IMG/VR virus record: IMGVR_UViG_3300008807_000160
Coordinates: 1 to 50,310 of that record
Source: a virus
DNA: 50,310 nucleotides
Direction: 5' to 3' (one strand)
Part shown: positions 30,906 through 40,359 of the stretch, piece after piece
How the letters are laid out: every line of letters starts with the position of its first letter
Numbering within the stretch: position 1 is the stretch's first letter
Notes under the pieces: model-generated
Databases searched by the model: none
Told to the model about the DNA's origin: nothing
The model's input: only the letters and a program-made list of their open reading frames with translations
Translations under genes and position numbers: made by a program

Positions 30906-30933
30906 GAGAAATCTGAACAAGAGATGAGTAGAA

Positions 30934-31233
30934 ATGGCAGGTCGTCCAAAGGGATTACCCAAGACCGGCGGTCGTAAGAAGGGCACGCCGAACAAGCTGA
31001 CGGGTCAACTGAAAGAGATGATCCTTGAGGCTGCCGAACTCGCAGGCAATGACCTGGGTGGCGAAGGCGGAACGATCCAATACCTCCGAACGCAGGCCAC
31101 ATTGCAGCCGGCGGCCTTTATGACCCTGCTCGGCAAGGTTCTGCCCATGCAGATTGCCGGCGATGAAGAGAACCCCTTGGTGACAATCACCAAGATTGAA
31201 CTGATTGCTGGGGATGGCAACGGTTCAAATTAA
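30934..31233 (+). CDS. Putative terminase small subunit
   Basis: 99 aa. Basic N-terminus MAGRPKGLPKTGGRKKGTPNK. Located immediately upstream of the large terminase. Confidence 0.5.
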   Translation: MAGRPKGLPKTGGRKKGTPNKLTGQLKEMILEAAELAGNDLGGEGGTIQYLRTQATLQPAAFMTLLGKVLPMQIAGDEENPLVTITKIELIAGDGNGSN

Positions 31234-32530
31234 GCTGCCGCCAAAGCTTGTCCCGGTGTTCGCTGGCGAGGCGATGTACCGCGGGGCTTATGGAGGGCGC
31301 GGCTCGGCCAAGACCCGCTCGTTCGCCAAGATGGCGGCTGTATGGGGCATTAGGCTGGCGCAAGAGAACAAGCCGGGCGTCATTGTCTGCGGCCGTGAGT
31401 TCATGAACTCGCTGGACGACAGCTCGATGGCTGAGGTCAAGGCGGCGATCTACTCCGAGCCGTGGCTGGCTGAACTGTACGACGTCGGCGAGAAGTACAT
31501 CAGGACCAAGGACCGGCTGATAGACTTCGCCTTCATTGGCTTGCGGCACAATCTGGACTCGATCAAATCCAAGGCGCTGATCCGGCTGCTATGGGTTGAT
31601 GAGGCTGAGCCGGTCTCTGAGACCGCGTGGATGAAGGCCATCCCGACCGTTCGTGAGGATGGATCTGAGATCTGGGTCACATGGAACCCGGAGCGGAAGA
31701 ACAGCGCGACGCACAAGCGGTTTCGATTGGACCCGCCAACTGACTCGAAGATCGTCGAGCTTAATTGGCGCGATAACCCCTGGTTCCCAGAGACGCTGAA
31801 CAAGACCAGGCTGGATGATTTCAACAAGCGTCCAGATCAATACGCGCACGTCTGGGAAGGCGACTTCGTGACCGTGGTGGAAGGCGCCTACTTCGCCAAA
31901 AGCCTATCAGCGGCCAAGGCTGCGGGCAGGATCGGCCGTGTAAGCGCCGACCCGCTGATGACCATCCGGGCCATCTGGGACATCGGCGGCACGGGCGCCA
32001 AGGCTGATGCGTGCGCGATATGGATTGCGCAGTTCGTTGGCCGGGAAATCCGGGTGCTGGACTATTACGAGGCTGTAGGCCAGCCGCTCGCGACACATGT
32101 GCAGTGGTTGCGGGACAAGGGCTACGGGAAAGCGTACTGCATCCTGCCTCATGACGGCGCGCACCAGGACAAGGTGTTCGATGCCTCGTATGAGGGGGCG
32201 CTGAGGTCTGCTGGCTTTGATGTTCGGGTTGTCCCGAACCAGGGCAAGGGCGCGGCCAAGATGCGGATCGAGTCGGCGAGGCGTTTGTTCCCGTCGATCT
32301 GGTTCAATGCTGACACGACTGAGCCGGGGCGCGATGCGCTGGGCTGGTATCACGAAAAGAAATCTGACGACGAGCGGAATGTCGGGCTTGGGCCTGAGCA
32401 TGACTGGTCGTCCCATGGCGCAGACGCATTCGGCTTGATGTGCGTCGCCTATGAGCAGCCCGAGGATCAAACGGATGAAGACGATGAAGACGGGCGCGAC
32501 TATGGCCGGTCAAGGGTGACGGGATACTGA
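31214..32530 (+). CDS. terL: Terminase large subunit
   Basis: Walker A YGGRGSAKT, Walker B-like LLWVDEAE, and a C-terminal nuclease region. Start is ATG 31214 (or TTG 31205). Confidence 0.85.
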   Translation: MATVQIKLPPKLVPVFAGEAMYRGAYGGRGSAKTRSFAKMAAVWGIRLAQENKPGVIVCGREFMNSLDDSSMAEVKAAIYSEPWLAELYDVGEKYIRTKDRLIDFAFIGLRHNLDSIKSKALIRLLWVDEAEPVSETAWMKAIPTVREDGSEIWVTWNPERKNSATHKRFRLDPPTDSKIVELNWRDNPWFPETLNKTRLDDFNKRPDQYAHVWEGDFVTVVEGAYFAKSLSAAKAAGRIGRVSADPLMTIRAIWDIGGTGAKADACAIWIAQFVGREIRVLDYYEAVGQPLATHVQWLRDKGYGKAYCILPHDGAHQDKVFDASYEGALRSAGFDVRVVPNQGKGAAKMRIESARRLFPSIWFNADTTEPGRDALGWYHEKKSDDERNVGLGPEHDWSSHGADAFGLMCVAYEQPEDQTDEDDEDGRDYGRSRVTGY

Positions 32531-34602
32531 TGTCTGACCAGGAAGACAAGAAGCGCGCGCCGGCACTGGCGAAGACGCTCGCTCGCCTGGCTGAGTTCGA
32601 GCAGTCGGACAACATCGCCGAGATCCTGCTTGACGACGAGGACGGCCAGCAAGATCTTGACGAGATCGGCTACGAGGTCGAGCACAAGTACAAGATCGAC
32701 AAGCAATCCCGCGAAGAGTGGGAGAAGTCCGCCAACCGGGCGATGGATCTGGCGCTCCAGGTTCGTCAGCCCAAGAACTACCCGTTTGAGGGCGCCGCGA
32801 ACATCAAGTACCCGCTGATCACGGTTGCCGCGCTGCAATTCGGTGCGCGTGCCTATCCCGCGATCGTGGACGGCCAGCGCATCGTCAAGGCGCAGATCGT
32901 CGGTGCTGACGACGGTATCCCGCAGATCAACCCGGATACCAAGGAGCCGATGGTTGACCCGCTGAGCGGAGAACCTGTCTGGGCCAAGCCGCCGGGTGAA
33001 AAGCGGGCCAAGGCCGATCGCGTATCCCGTCACATGAGCTATCAGCTCCTGAACGAGATGACGGAGTGGGAGGAGGACACCGACGTCCTCTTGCACCACA
33101 TCCCGATTATTGGCTGTGCCTTCCGCAAGGTCTACCGCTCGGGCGAGCTGAACCGCAATAAGTCGGAGATGGTTCCGGCGATCAATCTGGTGGTGAACCA
33201 GAAGGTGCGCTCGCTGGACGAGGCGCCGGCTGTCACCCACGAAATCTTCCTGTACCCGCACGAGATCGAGAACAAGAAGCGGGCCGGGGAATACCTCGAC
33301 ATTGACTTGGGCAATGCGGCGCCTGTCGAGGGTGCTGATGGGTCGGACGAAGACGCCCCGCACATGTTCCTGGAGCAGCATCGGTATCTTGACCTTGATG
33401 AAGACGGTTATCGTGAGCCGTACATCGTCACGGTGCACAAGGACTCGTGCAAGGTCGTCCGGATCGTCGCGAACTACGACATCGAGAAGATCCGGGACAA
33501 CGGCAAGCGTATCGTTTTCATCCCGAAAGAGCAGTATTTCGTCAAATACCCGTTCATCCCTGACCCCAAGGGCGGGTTCTACGACATCGGCTTCGGCAAG
33601 CTGCTCGAAAGCCTTGGCGAGACGATCGACACCACGATCAACCAGATGCTGGACGCTGGGCACATCCAGAATGCCGGCGGCGGCTTGATCGGCACGGGTG
33701 TCAGGCTGAAGAAGAACAAGCTGATGATGTCGCCCGGCATGTATCACCAGGTCGAGGTGAGCGGCGATATCCGGTCCCAGGTGTTCCCGTTCCAGCATCA
33801 GGGGCCATCAACGGTCCTGTTCCAGCTCCTTGGGTTGATGATCGAGGCGGCGCGGGACATTACCGCGACCAAGGACATCCTGACGGGCGACACGGGCGGG
33901 AAGACGCAGACCGCGACGACCACGCTGGCGCTGATCGAGCAGGGCCTGAAGGTCTTTACGGCGATCTACAAGCGCATTTTCCGCGCGATGAAGGACGAGT
34001 TCAAGCTTCTGTTCGAGCTGAACGCCAAGTTCATCGACGAGAAGCAGTATTTCACGTTCAACGACGAACAGGAAGTCGTCGAGTCCAACGACTACGACAT
34101 CGGGGCGATGGACATTTGCCCGGTTGCTGATCCGTCCATGGTCACGGACATGCAGCGGCAGGCGCAATCGCAGCTCCTGTTGCAGGTCGCCGAGCATCCT
34201 GCGCTTGGCCCGCTTCAGGATGGCACGGAAGTACTGCGCCGGGTCTATGACGCGGCCCGCATTCCTGAGTTCGAGAAGCTGATCAAGAAGCAAGATCCGA
34301 AGGCGGCACAGATGCAGGAAGTTGCGGCCGTGACCGAGATTGACAAGGTCGCCTCCGAGGCTGAGCGCAACCGTGCGGCGGCGCAAAAGGATCAGGCGAC
34401 GACGGCCAAGACTGTCACGGAGACACAGTTGATGCCGGCCGAATTGCAGCTTGAGGCGCATCGGCAGGACATGGAAGACGCGCACCGTGACATGGATCGA
34501 GAGAAAGACGTGGTGAACGCAGCGGAGGACCGCGCGATGAACCGTGAGCAGATGGACGTCAAGGCCAAGGATGCCAAGGCGAAGAAGAAAGAGGCGGCGT
34601 GA
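32530..34602 (+). CDS. Portal protein
   Basis: 690 aa directly after terL (ATGA-type overlap). Contains the conserved NYPFEGAANIKYPL segment seen in podovirus portals (from memory) and a long charged C-terminal tail. Confidence 0.75.
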   Translation: MSDQEDKKRAPALAKTLARLAEFEQSDNIAEILLDDEDGQQDLDEIGYEVEHKYKIDKQSREEWEKSANRAMDLALQVRQPKNYPFEGAANIKYPLITVAALQFGARAYPAIVDGQRIVKAQIVGADDGIPQINPDTKEPMVDPLSGEPVWAKPPGEKRAKADRVSRHMSYQLLNEMTEWEEDTDVLLHHIPIIGCAFRKVYRSGELNRNKSEMVPAINLVVNQKVRSLDEAPAVTHEIFLYPHEIENKKRAGEYLDIDLGNAAPVEGADGSDEDAPHMFLEQHRYLDLDEDGYREPYIVTVHKDSCKVVRIVANYDIEKIRDNGKRIVFIPKEQYFVKYPFIPDPKGGFYDIGFGKLLESLGETIDTTINQMLDAGHIQNAGGGLIGTGVRLKKNKLMMSPGMYHQVEVSGDIRSQVFPFQHQGPSTVLFQLLGLMIEAARDITATKDILTGDTGGKTQTATTTLALIEQGLKVFTAIYKRIFRAMKDEFKLLFELNAKFIDEKQYFTFNDEQEVVESNDYDIGAMDICPVADPSMVTDMQRQAQSQLLLQVAEHPALGPLQDGTEVLRRVYDAARIPEFEKLIKKQDPKAAQMQEVAAVTEIDKVASEAERNRAAAQKDQATTAKTVTETQLMPAELQLEAHRQDMEDAHRDMDREKDVVNAAEDRAMNREQMDVKAKDAKAKKKEAA

Positions 34603-34847
34603 AAATCGACCGCGAGCTGTTCGAGGAATGGCTGGCAAATCCAGTCACCGAATACGTTCTTGCCAAGGTCAAAGAGACCGCAGAGGCCAACAAGGCCGCG
34701 TGGATCAGCATGAGTTGGGATGGCGGGAAGGCTGACCAGCTTGCGCTAGTGGAGCTGAAGGCTCGGTATGAGGCCGGGCTGGATCTGAGCGAACTGAAAT
34801 ATGAGGACGTGAGCGATGACGAACACGAGCGGGATTTATCCAGTTGA
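34599..34847 (+). CDS. Hypothetical head-module protein (82 aa)
   Basis: ORF-track ORF coupled to the portal gene. Confidence 0.55.
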   Translation: MKIDRELFEEWLANPVTEYVLAKVKETAEANKAAWISMSWDGGKADQLALVELKARYEAGLDLSELKYEDVSDDEHERDLSS

Positions 34848-35130
34848 ATACAAGGTGCTGATCGCGCCGATTGAGGTCGATCAGAAGACCAAGGGCGGGA
34901 TCATCATTCCGGACGAGACGAAAGAGCGTGACCAGTTCGCCCAGATGAGGGGCGTGTTGGTGGCTGTTTCGCCCCTGGCATTCACCTACGACGACTGGAA
35001 GGACGCCAAGCCGCCCAAGGTGGGCGACGAGGTGCTTTTCGCGAAGTATGCCGGCGCTGTGGTCGATGGCAAGGACGGTAAGAAATACCGCCTCACCAAC
35101 GACAAGGACATTGCGGCGGTGCTCGCATGA
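34816..35130 (+). CDS. GroES-like co-chaperonin (Cpn10 family)
   Basis: VEYKVLIAPIEVDQKTKGGIIIPDETKERDQFAQMRGVLVAV....KVGDEVLFAKYAG..V...G..Y.L....DI.AV aligns along its whole length with bacterial GroES. Confidence 0.8.
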   Translation: MTNTSGIYPVEYKVLIAPIEVDQKTKGGIIIPDETKERDQFAQMRGVLVAVSPLAFTYDDWKDAKPPKVGDEVLFAKYAGAVVDGKDGKKYRLTNDKDIAAVLA

Positions 35131-36068
35131 GTGAGGCAGATCTGAACGAGCAGGTCGAGGAGACCAACCACCTTCAGGAGTTCGAGGACGATTCCAGCCC
35201 TGAGGAGATGGAAGAGGCCAAGGGCCTTGGATGGAAATCTCCTAAGGAATGGAAGGGCGATCCTCCCAAGAACGGCTTCAAGAAGGCAAGGGATTTCCTC
35301 GCGCATGGCAAGGAAGTCCTGCCGATCGTGCAGAGTCAGAACAAGAAGCTCGAGCGCGAACTGGCTGAAGCCAACAAGCGGCTGAAGGACTACGAGGCCG
35401 AGACAGAAAAGAAGCTCGCCAACCTTGAGCGCATGTCGAAGGCGGCGCTCAAGCAGCAGCGCGACCAGCTCATTGAGCGCTACGAGGCTGTGAAGGAAGC
35501 GGCCGTCGAAGTCGGCGACAAGGACGCTTATCGCAAGGCCGACAAAGATCAGAAGGCCGCAGTCAAAGAGTTTGACGAAGAGGTTTCCGAGAAAAAAGAC
35601 ACCAAGAAGGACGACGACAAACCGAAGGGTGAGATCCCCAAGGAAGTCGAGGCCTGGGTCAAGGAAAACTCCTGGTTCGAGGATGACGAAGAGGCCAAGG
35701 CCGTCGCGATCACGCGCCACGGCAAGCTTCTCCGTGATCATCCAACCTGGTCGCTGGAAAAGAACCTCGAAGAGGTCCGCAAATACGTCGCCAAGCGCTT
35801 CCCCGAGCATTTCGAGGAGGAAAAGAAGGCCGACGACGATGAAGACGACACGCCAAAGCGCAAGGGCTCTCGCGTCGAGGGCGGCGGCTCGCGCATGGGT
35901 GGCGATTCCGGCCGTTCGGCGTGGTCGAAACTGCCGGCGGACGCCCAAAAGCAGGCCGATGACTTCATCAAGGAAGATGGCTTGTTCCTGGAGAAGGGCG
36001 AGACCGTCGAGAAGGACTTGCAGAAGGCGCGTGAGCGCTACGCCAAGATTTATCTGGAGCAGAAATAA
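35127..36068 (+). CDS. Scaffolding protein
   Basis: 313 aa, highly charged K/E/D-rich coiled-coil composition, located between the portal and capsid genes. Confidence 0.65.
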   Translation: MSEADLNEQVEETNHLQEFEDDSSPEEMEEAKGLGWKSPKEWKGDPPKNGFKKARDFLAHGKEVLPIVQSQNKKLERELAEANKRLKDYEAETEKKLANLERMSKAALKQQRDQLIERYEAVKEAAVEVGDKDAYRKADKDQKAAVKEFDEEVSEKKDTKKDDDKPKGEIPKEVEAWVKENSWFEDDEEAKAVAITRHGKLLRDHPTWSLEKNLEEVRKYVAKRFPEHFEEEKKADDDEDDTPKRKGSRVEGGGSRMGGDSGRSAWSKLPADAQKQADDFIKEDGLFLEKGETVEKDLQKARERYAKIYLEQK

Positions 36069-36532
36069 TGAGCGAGATCGAGATGGAAGCCCCGAAGCGC
36101 GGCCCTGGCCGTCCTCCCCGTCAGGAAGAGGTCAAGAAGGTCCGCCGTCGTCGCGAAAGCCTTGGCGCCGATCGCAATCTCAAGCTCCATGTTCCAGAGG
36201 ACAAGAAAGACCCGAATTTCGTCTATCGCTTCGTGAACGACCGGCCCGGAAGGGTCCAGCAGCTCACGCAGGCGGACGATTGGGACGTCGTTCCCAGCAT
36301 TACCGCGGAAGGCGGCAATGAAACGCGCGTTGCAGACAAGTCATCCGGTGAAAGAGCCGTACTGCTGCGCAAGCCGAAGGAATTCTATAAGTCGGATAAG
36401 CTTCAGGAGCAAAAGCTGCTCGACGCCAGAGATGAAGCCATGCGTCGCGGTGCTCCGGAAAGCGCAGAGGGGCTGAACAGCTCCGATAACGCCTACGTTC
36501 CGGGTGGGAAAAACACCATCCAGCGTGGGTAA
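36068..36532 (+). CDS. Head-module protein, function unassigned (154 aa)
   Basis: ATGA-type coupling to the scaffold gene; basic N-terminus. Confidence 0.6.
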   Translation: MSEIEMEAPKRGPGRPPRQEEVKKVRRRRESLGADRNLKLHVPEDKKDPNFVYRFVNDRPGRVQQLTQADDWDVVPSITAEGGNETRVADKSSGERAVLLRKPKEFYKSDKLQEQKLLDARDEAMRRGAPESAEGLNSSDNAYVPGGKNTIQRG

Positions 36533-36560
36533 CATAAACCCACATCTTTGGAGGCCTTAA

Positions 36561-37157
36561 ATGGCTAACGTTGACTCTCCGTTCGGGCTGCGGCCCGTGC
36601 GGTACATGAGCGGCGCGCCCTACAACGGGGCGGTGAACGCTTATTCGACGGCTGCTGGCGACGCCACGGCCATCTACATCGGCGATCCCGTCATCATCTC
36701 TGGCACTGCCCGGACGATCAATGGCGTGATCTACCAGGACGTTGACCAGGCCGCCACCGGCGACGTGATGGTGGGTGTCGTTGTTGCCGTCGATCCCGTG
36801 CTCGGTGCCGGCGCAAACGGTCGCGATTCGACCATCTATCGTGCCGCGTCCACCCAGCGCATCGTGTACGTGGCTGATGATCCGAACCTTCTGTTCGAAA
36901 TCCAGGAAGTCTCCGGCGGCACTGCGCTGACTGCGAACGATATTGGCCTCAATGCCAACTTCGTCGTCGCGGCCGGCTCGACCACCACGGGCCTTTCGGG
37001 CGTCGAACTGAACAATGCGACCGAGGCGACCACCAACACGCTCGACCTTCAGATTGTCGGCTTCCAGAACCGGACCGGCAACGAGATCGGCGAGCATGCC
37101 AAGTGGCTCGTTCGCATCAACCGCCATCAGCGCGCCAACCAAGTCGCTGGCATCTAA
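36561..37157 (+). CDS. Head-module structural protein, possible capsid decoration/cement protein (198 aa)
   Basis: Located immediately upstream of the major capsid gene. Composition looks beta-rich. The function is inferred from position only. Confidence 0.5.
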   Translation: MANVDSPFGLRPVRYMSGAPYNGAVNAYSTAAGDATAIYIGDPVIISGTARTINGVIYQDVDQAATGDVMVGVVVAVDPVLGAGANGRDSTIYRAASTQRIVYVADDPNLLFEIQEVSGGTALTANDIGLNANFVVAAGSTTTGLSGVELNNATEATTNTLDLQIVGFQNRTGNEIGEHAKWLVRINRHQRANQVAGI

Positions 37158-37172
37158 GAGGAGCACAGCAAC

Positions 37173-38072
37173 ATGTCTGGCATCATCACGACTGGCAACC
37201 ATCCGAAAGCCCTATGGCCTGGGATGCATGCGTTCTTCGGCGCTCAGTACAACGAATGGCCGACCGAATACACGCAGATCTTCGACTCCGAGAAGTCGTC
37301 CAAGGCTTACGAGGAAGACACCAAGCTCACCGGCTTTGGTCTCGCCCCGATCAAGTCCGAGGGCGCCGGCGTCCAGTACGACACCGAGTCTCAGGGCTAC
37401 ACCAAGCGCTACACCCATGTGGTGTACGGCCTTGGCTATGTCGTGACCGAGGAGGAGCTGGAGGACGATCTCTATGAGATCGTCTCCCGTCGCCGCATCA
37501 AGCGCCTTGCGTTCTCGATGCGTCAGACCAAGGAAATCGTCTCTGCGAACGTCCTGAACCGCGCCTTCAACTCGTCCTATACGGGCGGTGACGGCAAGGA
37601 GCTTTGCGCTACGGACCACCCGTCCATGGCCGGCACGTTCCAGAACGAACTCACGACCGCGGCGGACCTCTCGGAAGCTGCCCTCGAGGATCTGGTTATC
37701 CTCATCGGGCAGGCCAAGAACGAGCGCGGTCTGAACATCGCTCTGCGCCCGACGAAGCTGATCATCCCGGTCAACCTTCAGTTCGAAGCCAAGCGTATCC
37801 TGAAGTCCGAGCAGCAGTCCGGCACTGCGAACAACGACATCAACGCCCTGAAGGGAATGTTTGACTACTCGGTCAACCACTACCTGACGGACAGCGATGC
37901 GTGGTTCCTCAAGACCAACTGCCCGAACGGCATGCAGATGTTCGAGCGTCGCGCCCTGGCCTTTGCCCAGGATAATGACTACGATACGGGCAACGCGAAG
38001 GCGAAGGCGACCATGCGCTTCGCGGTCGGCTGGACCGATCCGCTCGGCGTCTTCGGATCGCCGGGGGCCTGA
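37173..38072 (+). CDS. Major capsid protein (HK97-fold inferred)
   Basis: 299 aa after the scaffold and decoration genes, followed by a strong hairpin terminator typical of a highly expressed capsid gene. Confidence 0.7.
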   Translation: MSGIITTGNHPKALWPGMHAFFGAQYNEWPTEYTQIFDSEKSSKAYEEDTKLTGFGLAPIKSEGAGVQYDTESQGYTKRYTHVVYGLGYVVTEEELEDDLYEIVSRRRIKRLAFSMRQTKEIVSANVLNRAFNSSYTGGDGKELCATDHPSMAGTFQNELTTAADLSEAALEDLVILIGQAKNERGLNIALRPTKLIIPVNLQFEAKRILKSEQQSGTANNDINALKGMFDYSVNHYLTDSDAWFLKTNCPNGMQMFERRALAFAQDNDYDTGNAKAKATMRFAVGWTDPLGVFGSPGA

Positions 38073-38091
38073 GGCCTTATCTGACGACATG

Positions 38092-38114
38092 GGCGGCCTA
38101 CGGGCCGCCTTTTT
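38092..38114 (+). terminator. Rho-independent terminator/attenuator after the capsid gene
   Basis: GGCGGCC-TACG-GGCCGCC followed by TTTTT. Confidence 0.8.
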
Positions 38115-38169
38115 CTTTCAAAGCGTCCGCAAGGACGTTCCACCCAGAACGCTTTAGAAAGGTACTACA

Positions 38170-38874
38170 ATGGGCGCTCCGTCTCGTTTCCCGTATGGCG
38201 TTACCAACGTCGGCAAGACCAATCCGCTTGGCGAATTCCTGATGTCGGACCCGACCAGGGTTCACATGTATTTCAACGACTTCGACACCTATGTGGTCGG
38301 AGACTGGACCATCACCACGACGGAAGCCGGCGCCGGCTCCGCGACCGAAGCCCTTGGCGATGCGGACGGTGGTGTCCTGGTCATCACCAACGACGCGGCC
38401 GACAACGACGCTGACTTCTTCCAGAAGGTCGGTGAGAGCTTCCTGATGGAAGCCGGCAAGAAGGCGTGGTTCAAGGCCCGCTTCAAGGTCTCCGACGCGA
38501 CGCAGAGCGATTTCGTGATGGGCCTGCAGATCACGGACACCTCGCCCCTGGATGCCACGAACGGCATCTACTTCATGAAGGACGATGGCGACGCGCAGCT
38601 CGACGTCTACTGCCGCAAGAACGCCACGACGGGCTCGACCTCGGCCACCAACATCGCGACCGTCGTCAGCGATACCTATCTGACCGTTGCCTGGTACTAC
38701 GACGGCAAGTCGGCCGTGAAGTACTACGTCAACGACGCGCATCTCGGCACGCTGGACGGCTCCTCCACCTATCTCCCCGACACCGAGTTGACCGTTTCGT
38801 TCGGCATCCAGAACGGCGAGGCCGTCGCGAAGATCATGACGGTGGACTACATTATGGCAGCCAAGGAGCGCTGA
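38170..38874 (+). CDS. Virion structural protein (234 aa), predicted beta-sandwich
   Basis: ORF-track ORF. Beta-rich composition. The first gene after the capsid terminator. Confidence 0.55.
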   Translation: MGAPSRFPYGVTNVGKTNPLGEFLMSDPTRVHMYFNDFDTYVVGDWTITTTEAGAGSATEALGDADGGVLVITNDAADNDADFFQKVGESFLMEAGKKAWFKARFKVSDATQSDFVMGLQITDTSPLDATNGIYFMKDDGDAQLDVYCRKNATTGSTSATNIATVVSDTYLTVAWYYDGKSAVKYYVNDAHLGTLDGSSTYLPDTELTVSFGIQNGEAVAKIMTVDYIMAAKER

Positions 38875-38876
38875 GA

Positions 38877-39170
38877 ATGGCGACGGCCTATATCCTGGAA
38901 TTTGCTGACTGGCCGAGTCAGAAGAACTTGGTCATGGCGAAGTGGACTCCGCGAACGGTCGAGCAATCGCCCGTTACGTTCACCACATCGACGCAATCTG
39001 CCGCCTTCGCTTCTACCACCCGCTATATCGCGTTCAAGGCTGATGCTGCGTTTCACTGGACGATCGGGTCCAACCCGACCGCAACAACGGACAAGATGAA
39101 ACAGTCCGCGGACGAGTATTACCACATCGAGGTCCAGACCGGCGACAAGATCGCCTTCATCGCGGCTTGA
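38877..39170 (+). CDS. Hypothetical structural-module protein (97 aa)
   Basis: ATG 38877 with AAGGAG SD; internal to the spurious 38466 ORF. Confidence 0.6.
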   Translation: MATAYILEFADWPSQKNLVMAKWTPRTVEQSPVTFTTSTQSAAFASTTRYIAFKADAAFHWTIGSNPTATTDKMKQSADEYYHIEVQTGDKIAFIAA

Positions 39171-39173
39171 TAG

Positions 39174-39593
39174 ATGGCAACCTTCAACAAGTTCAACTCG
39201 TTTGTGGAAGCTCTTGCGGAGAAGGTCCACAATCTCGGCTCAGACACGCTGAAGGTTGCCCTGACCAATACGGCGCCTGTTGCAACTGATACCGTTCTTG
39301 CAAACATCACGGAGATTGCGAACGGGAACGGATATACGACAGGAGGCGAATCCACGGCGCAGGTGTCGTCGGCTCAAACGTCCGGAACCTATAAGCTCGT
39401 CTTGACCGATGTCACGTTTACCGCAACCGGCGGCTCGATCGGGCCGTTCCGCTATGTCGTTCTCTACAACGACACTGCGACGAACAATGAACTGATCGGC
39501 TACTATGATTATGGGACGAACATCACCATCACATCCGGCAACTCATTCACCGTCGACTTTGACGGATCAAACGGCGTTCTGACGCTCGCCTGA
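39174..39593 (+). CDS. Hypothetical structural-module protein (139 aa)
   Basis: ORF-track ORF. Confidence 0.6.
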   Translation: MATFNKFNSFVEALAEKVHNLGSDTLKVALTNTAPVATDTVLANITEIANGNGYTTGGESTAQVSSAQTSGTYKLVLTDVTFTATGGSIGPFRYVVLYNDTATNNELIGYYDYGTNITITSGNSFTVDFDGSNGVLTLA

Positions 39594-40357
39594 TGGCTGC
39601 CTTTCTCAACGTCTGCCGCTTCAACCCTACTGCGGGCGGGACGACGGACTGGACGTATTCCAGCGCCGTCACGGGCTATCAAAGCCCAAGCGCGGCCGGC
39701 GTGGTCAACGGCCGCGTCTACAAGTACCGTGCGGAAAGCTCAGATCTCTCGCAGTGGGAATTGGGCGAGGGCGCGTACAACACTGGAACGGGCGTTCTCG
39801 CGCGAACGACGGTGCTCTACAACTCGTCAGGAACGACGAGCAAAATCAATTTCTCCGCGGCGCCTCAGGTCGCCATTGTCGCGCTCAAGGAGGACCTGAT
39901 CTCGGTTGAAGAGTCGAACAGCTTCACCACGGCACAAAAAGCCCAGGCCCGCACCAATATTGGTGCTGCGGTTGCGCCAACGACGTTTAGCTCTGCGCTC
40001 GGCTCCGATGTGACGATGACGACCCAGAACTCGCCTTATGCCGCCGTCTCGGTGGCCCAGGGCACGACGGGAACGTTTTTGGTGATCGGCCGCGCTTATG
40101 TGGTCGATTCTGCTGGTTCGGCGGCCATCTTCGCCCGCATATCTGACGGAGCAGCCATCTGGGCGAGCACCAGTCCGGTGAGTACGGTTGCGGCGGGGGC
40201 GCGGGCCGAACTCGTCGTGACGACAATTGCCACGAACCCTGCCGGCAATCTCAGGCTGCAATGCATCAATGCCACCCGAAACGGCGGGACGATCCTTTGG
40301 AATGCCTCCGGGCAGGGCATCGGGGACACGCGCCTTGATGTCATTCAGATCGCCTAG
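39593..40357 (+). CDS. Fibre-like protein sharing an N-terminal domain with the 9..614 product
   Basis: aa 1-100 are about 53% identical to the 9..614 protein; the C-terminal part is unrelated. Confidence 0.65.
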   Translation: MAAFLNVCRFNPTAGGTTDWTYSSAVTGYQSPSAAGVVNGRVYKYRAESSDLSQWELGEGAYNTGTGVLARTTVLYNSSGTTSKINFSAAPQVAIVALKEDLISVEESNSFTTAQKAQARTNIGAAVAPTTFSSALGSDVTMTTQNSPYAAVSVAQGTTGTFLVIGRAYVVDSAGSAAIFARISDGAAIWASTSPVSTVAAGARAELVVTTIATNPAGNLRLQCINATRNGGTILWNASGQGIGDTRLDVIQIA

Positions 40358-40359
40358 CC

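Noticed and set aside
32500-38742. Very long minus-strand ORFs (for example 32500..33798, 33808..34638, 34986..35948, 36300..37202, 37212..38090, 38098..38742) overlapping the portal-to-capsid genes
   Set aside because: They are antisense shadow frames typical of GC-rich DNA. Their translations are Arg/Leu/Val/Asp-rich with no motifs. The + strand genes have clear family signatures, SD sequences and stop/start coupling.
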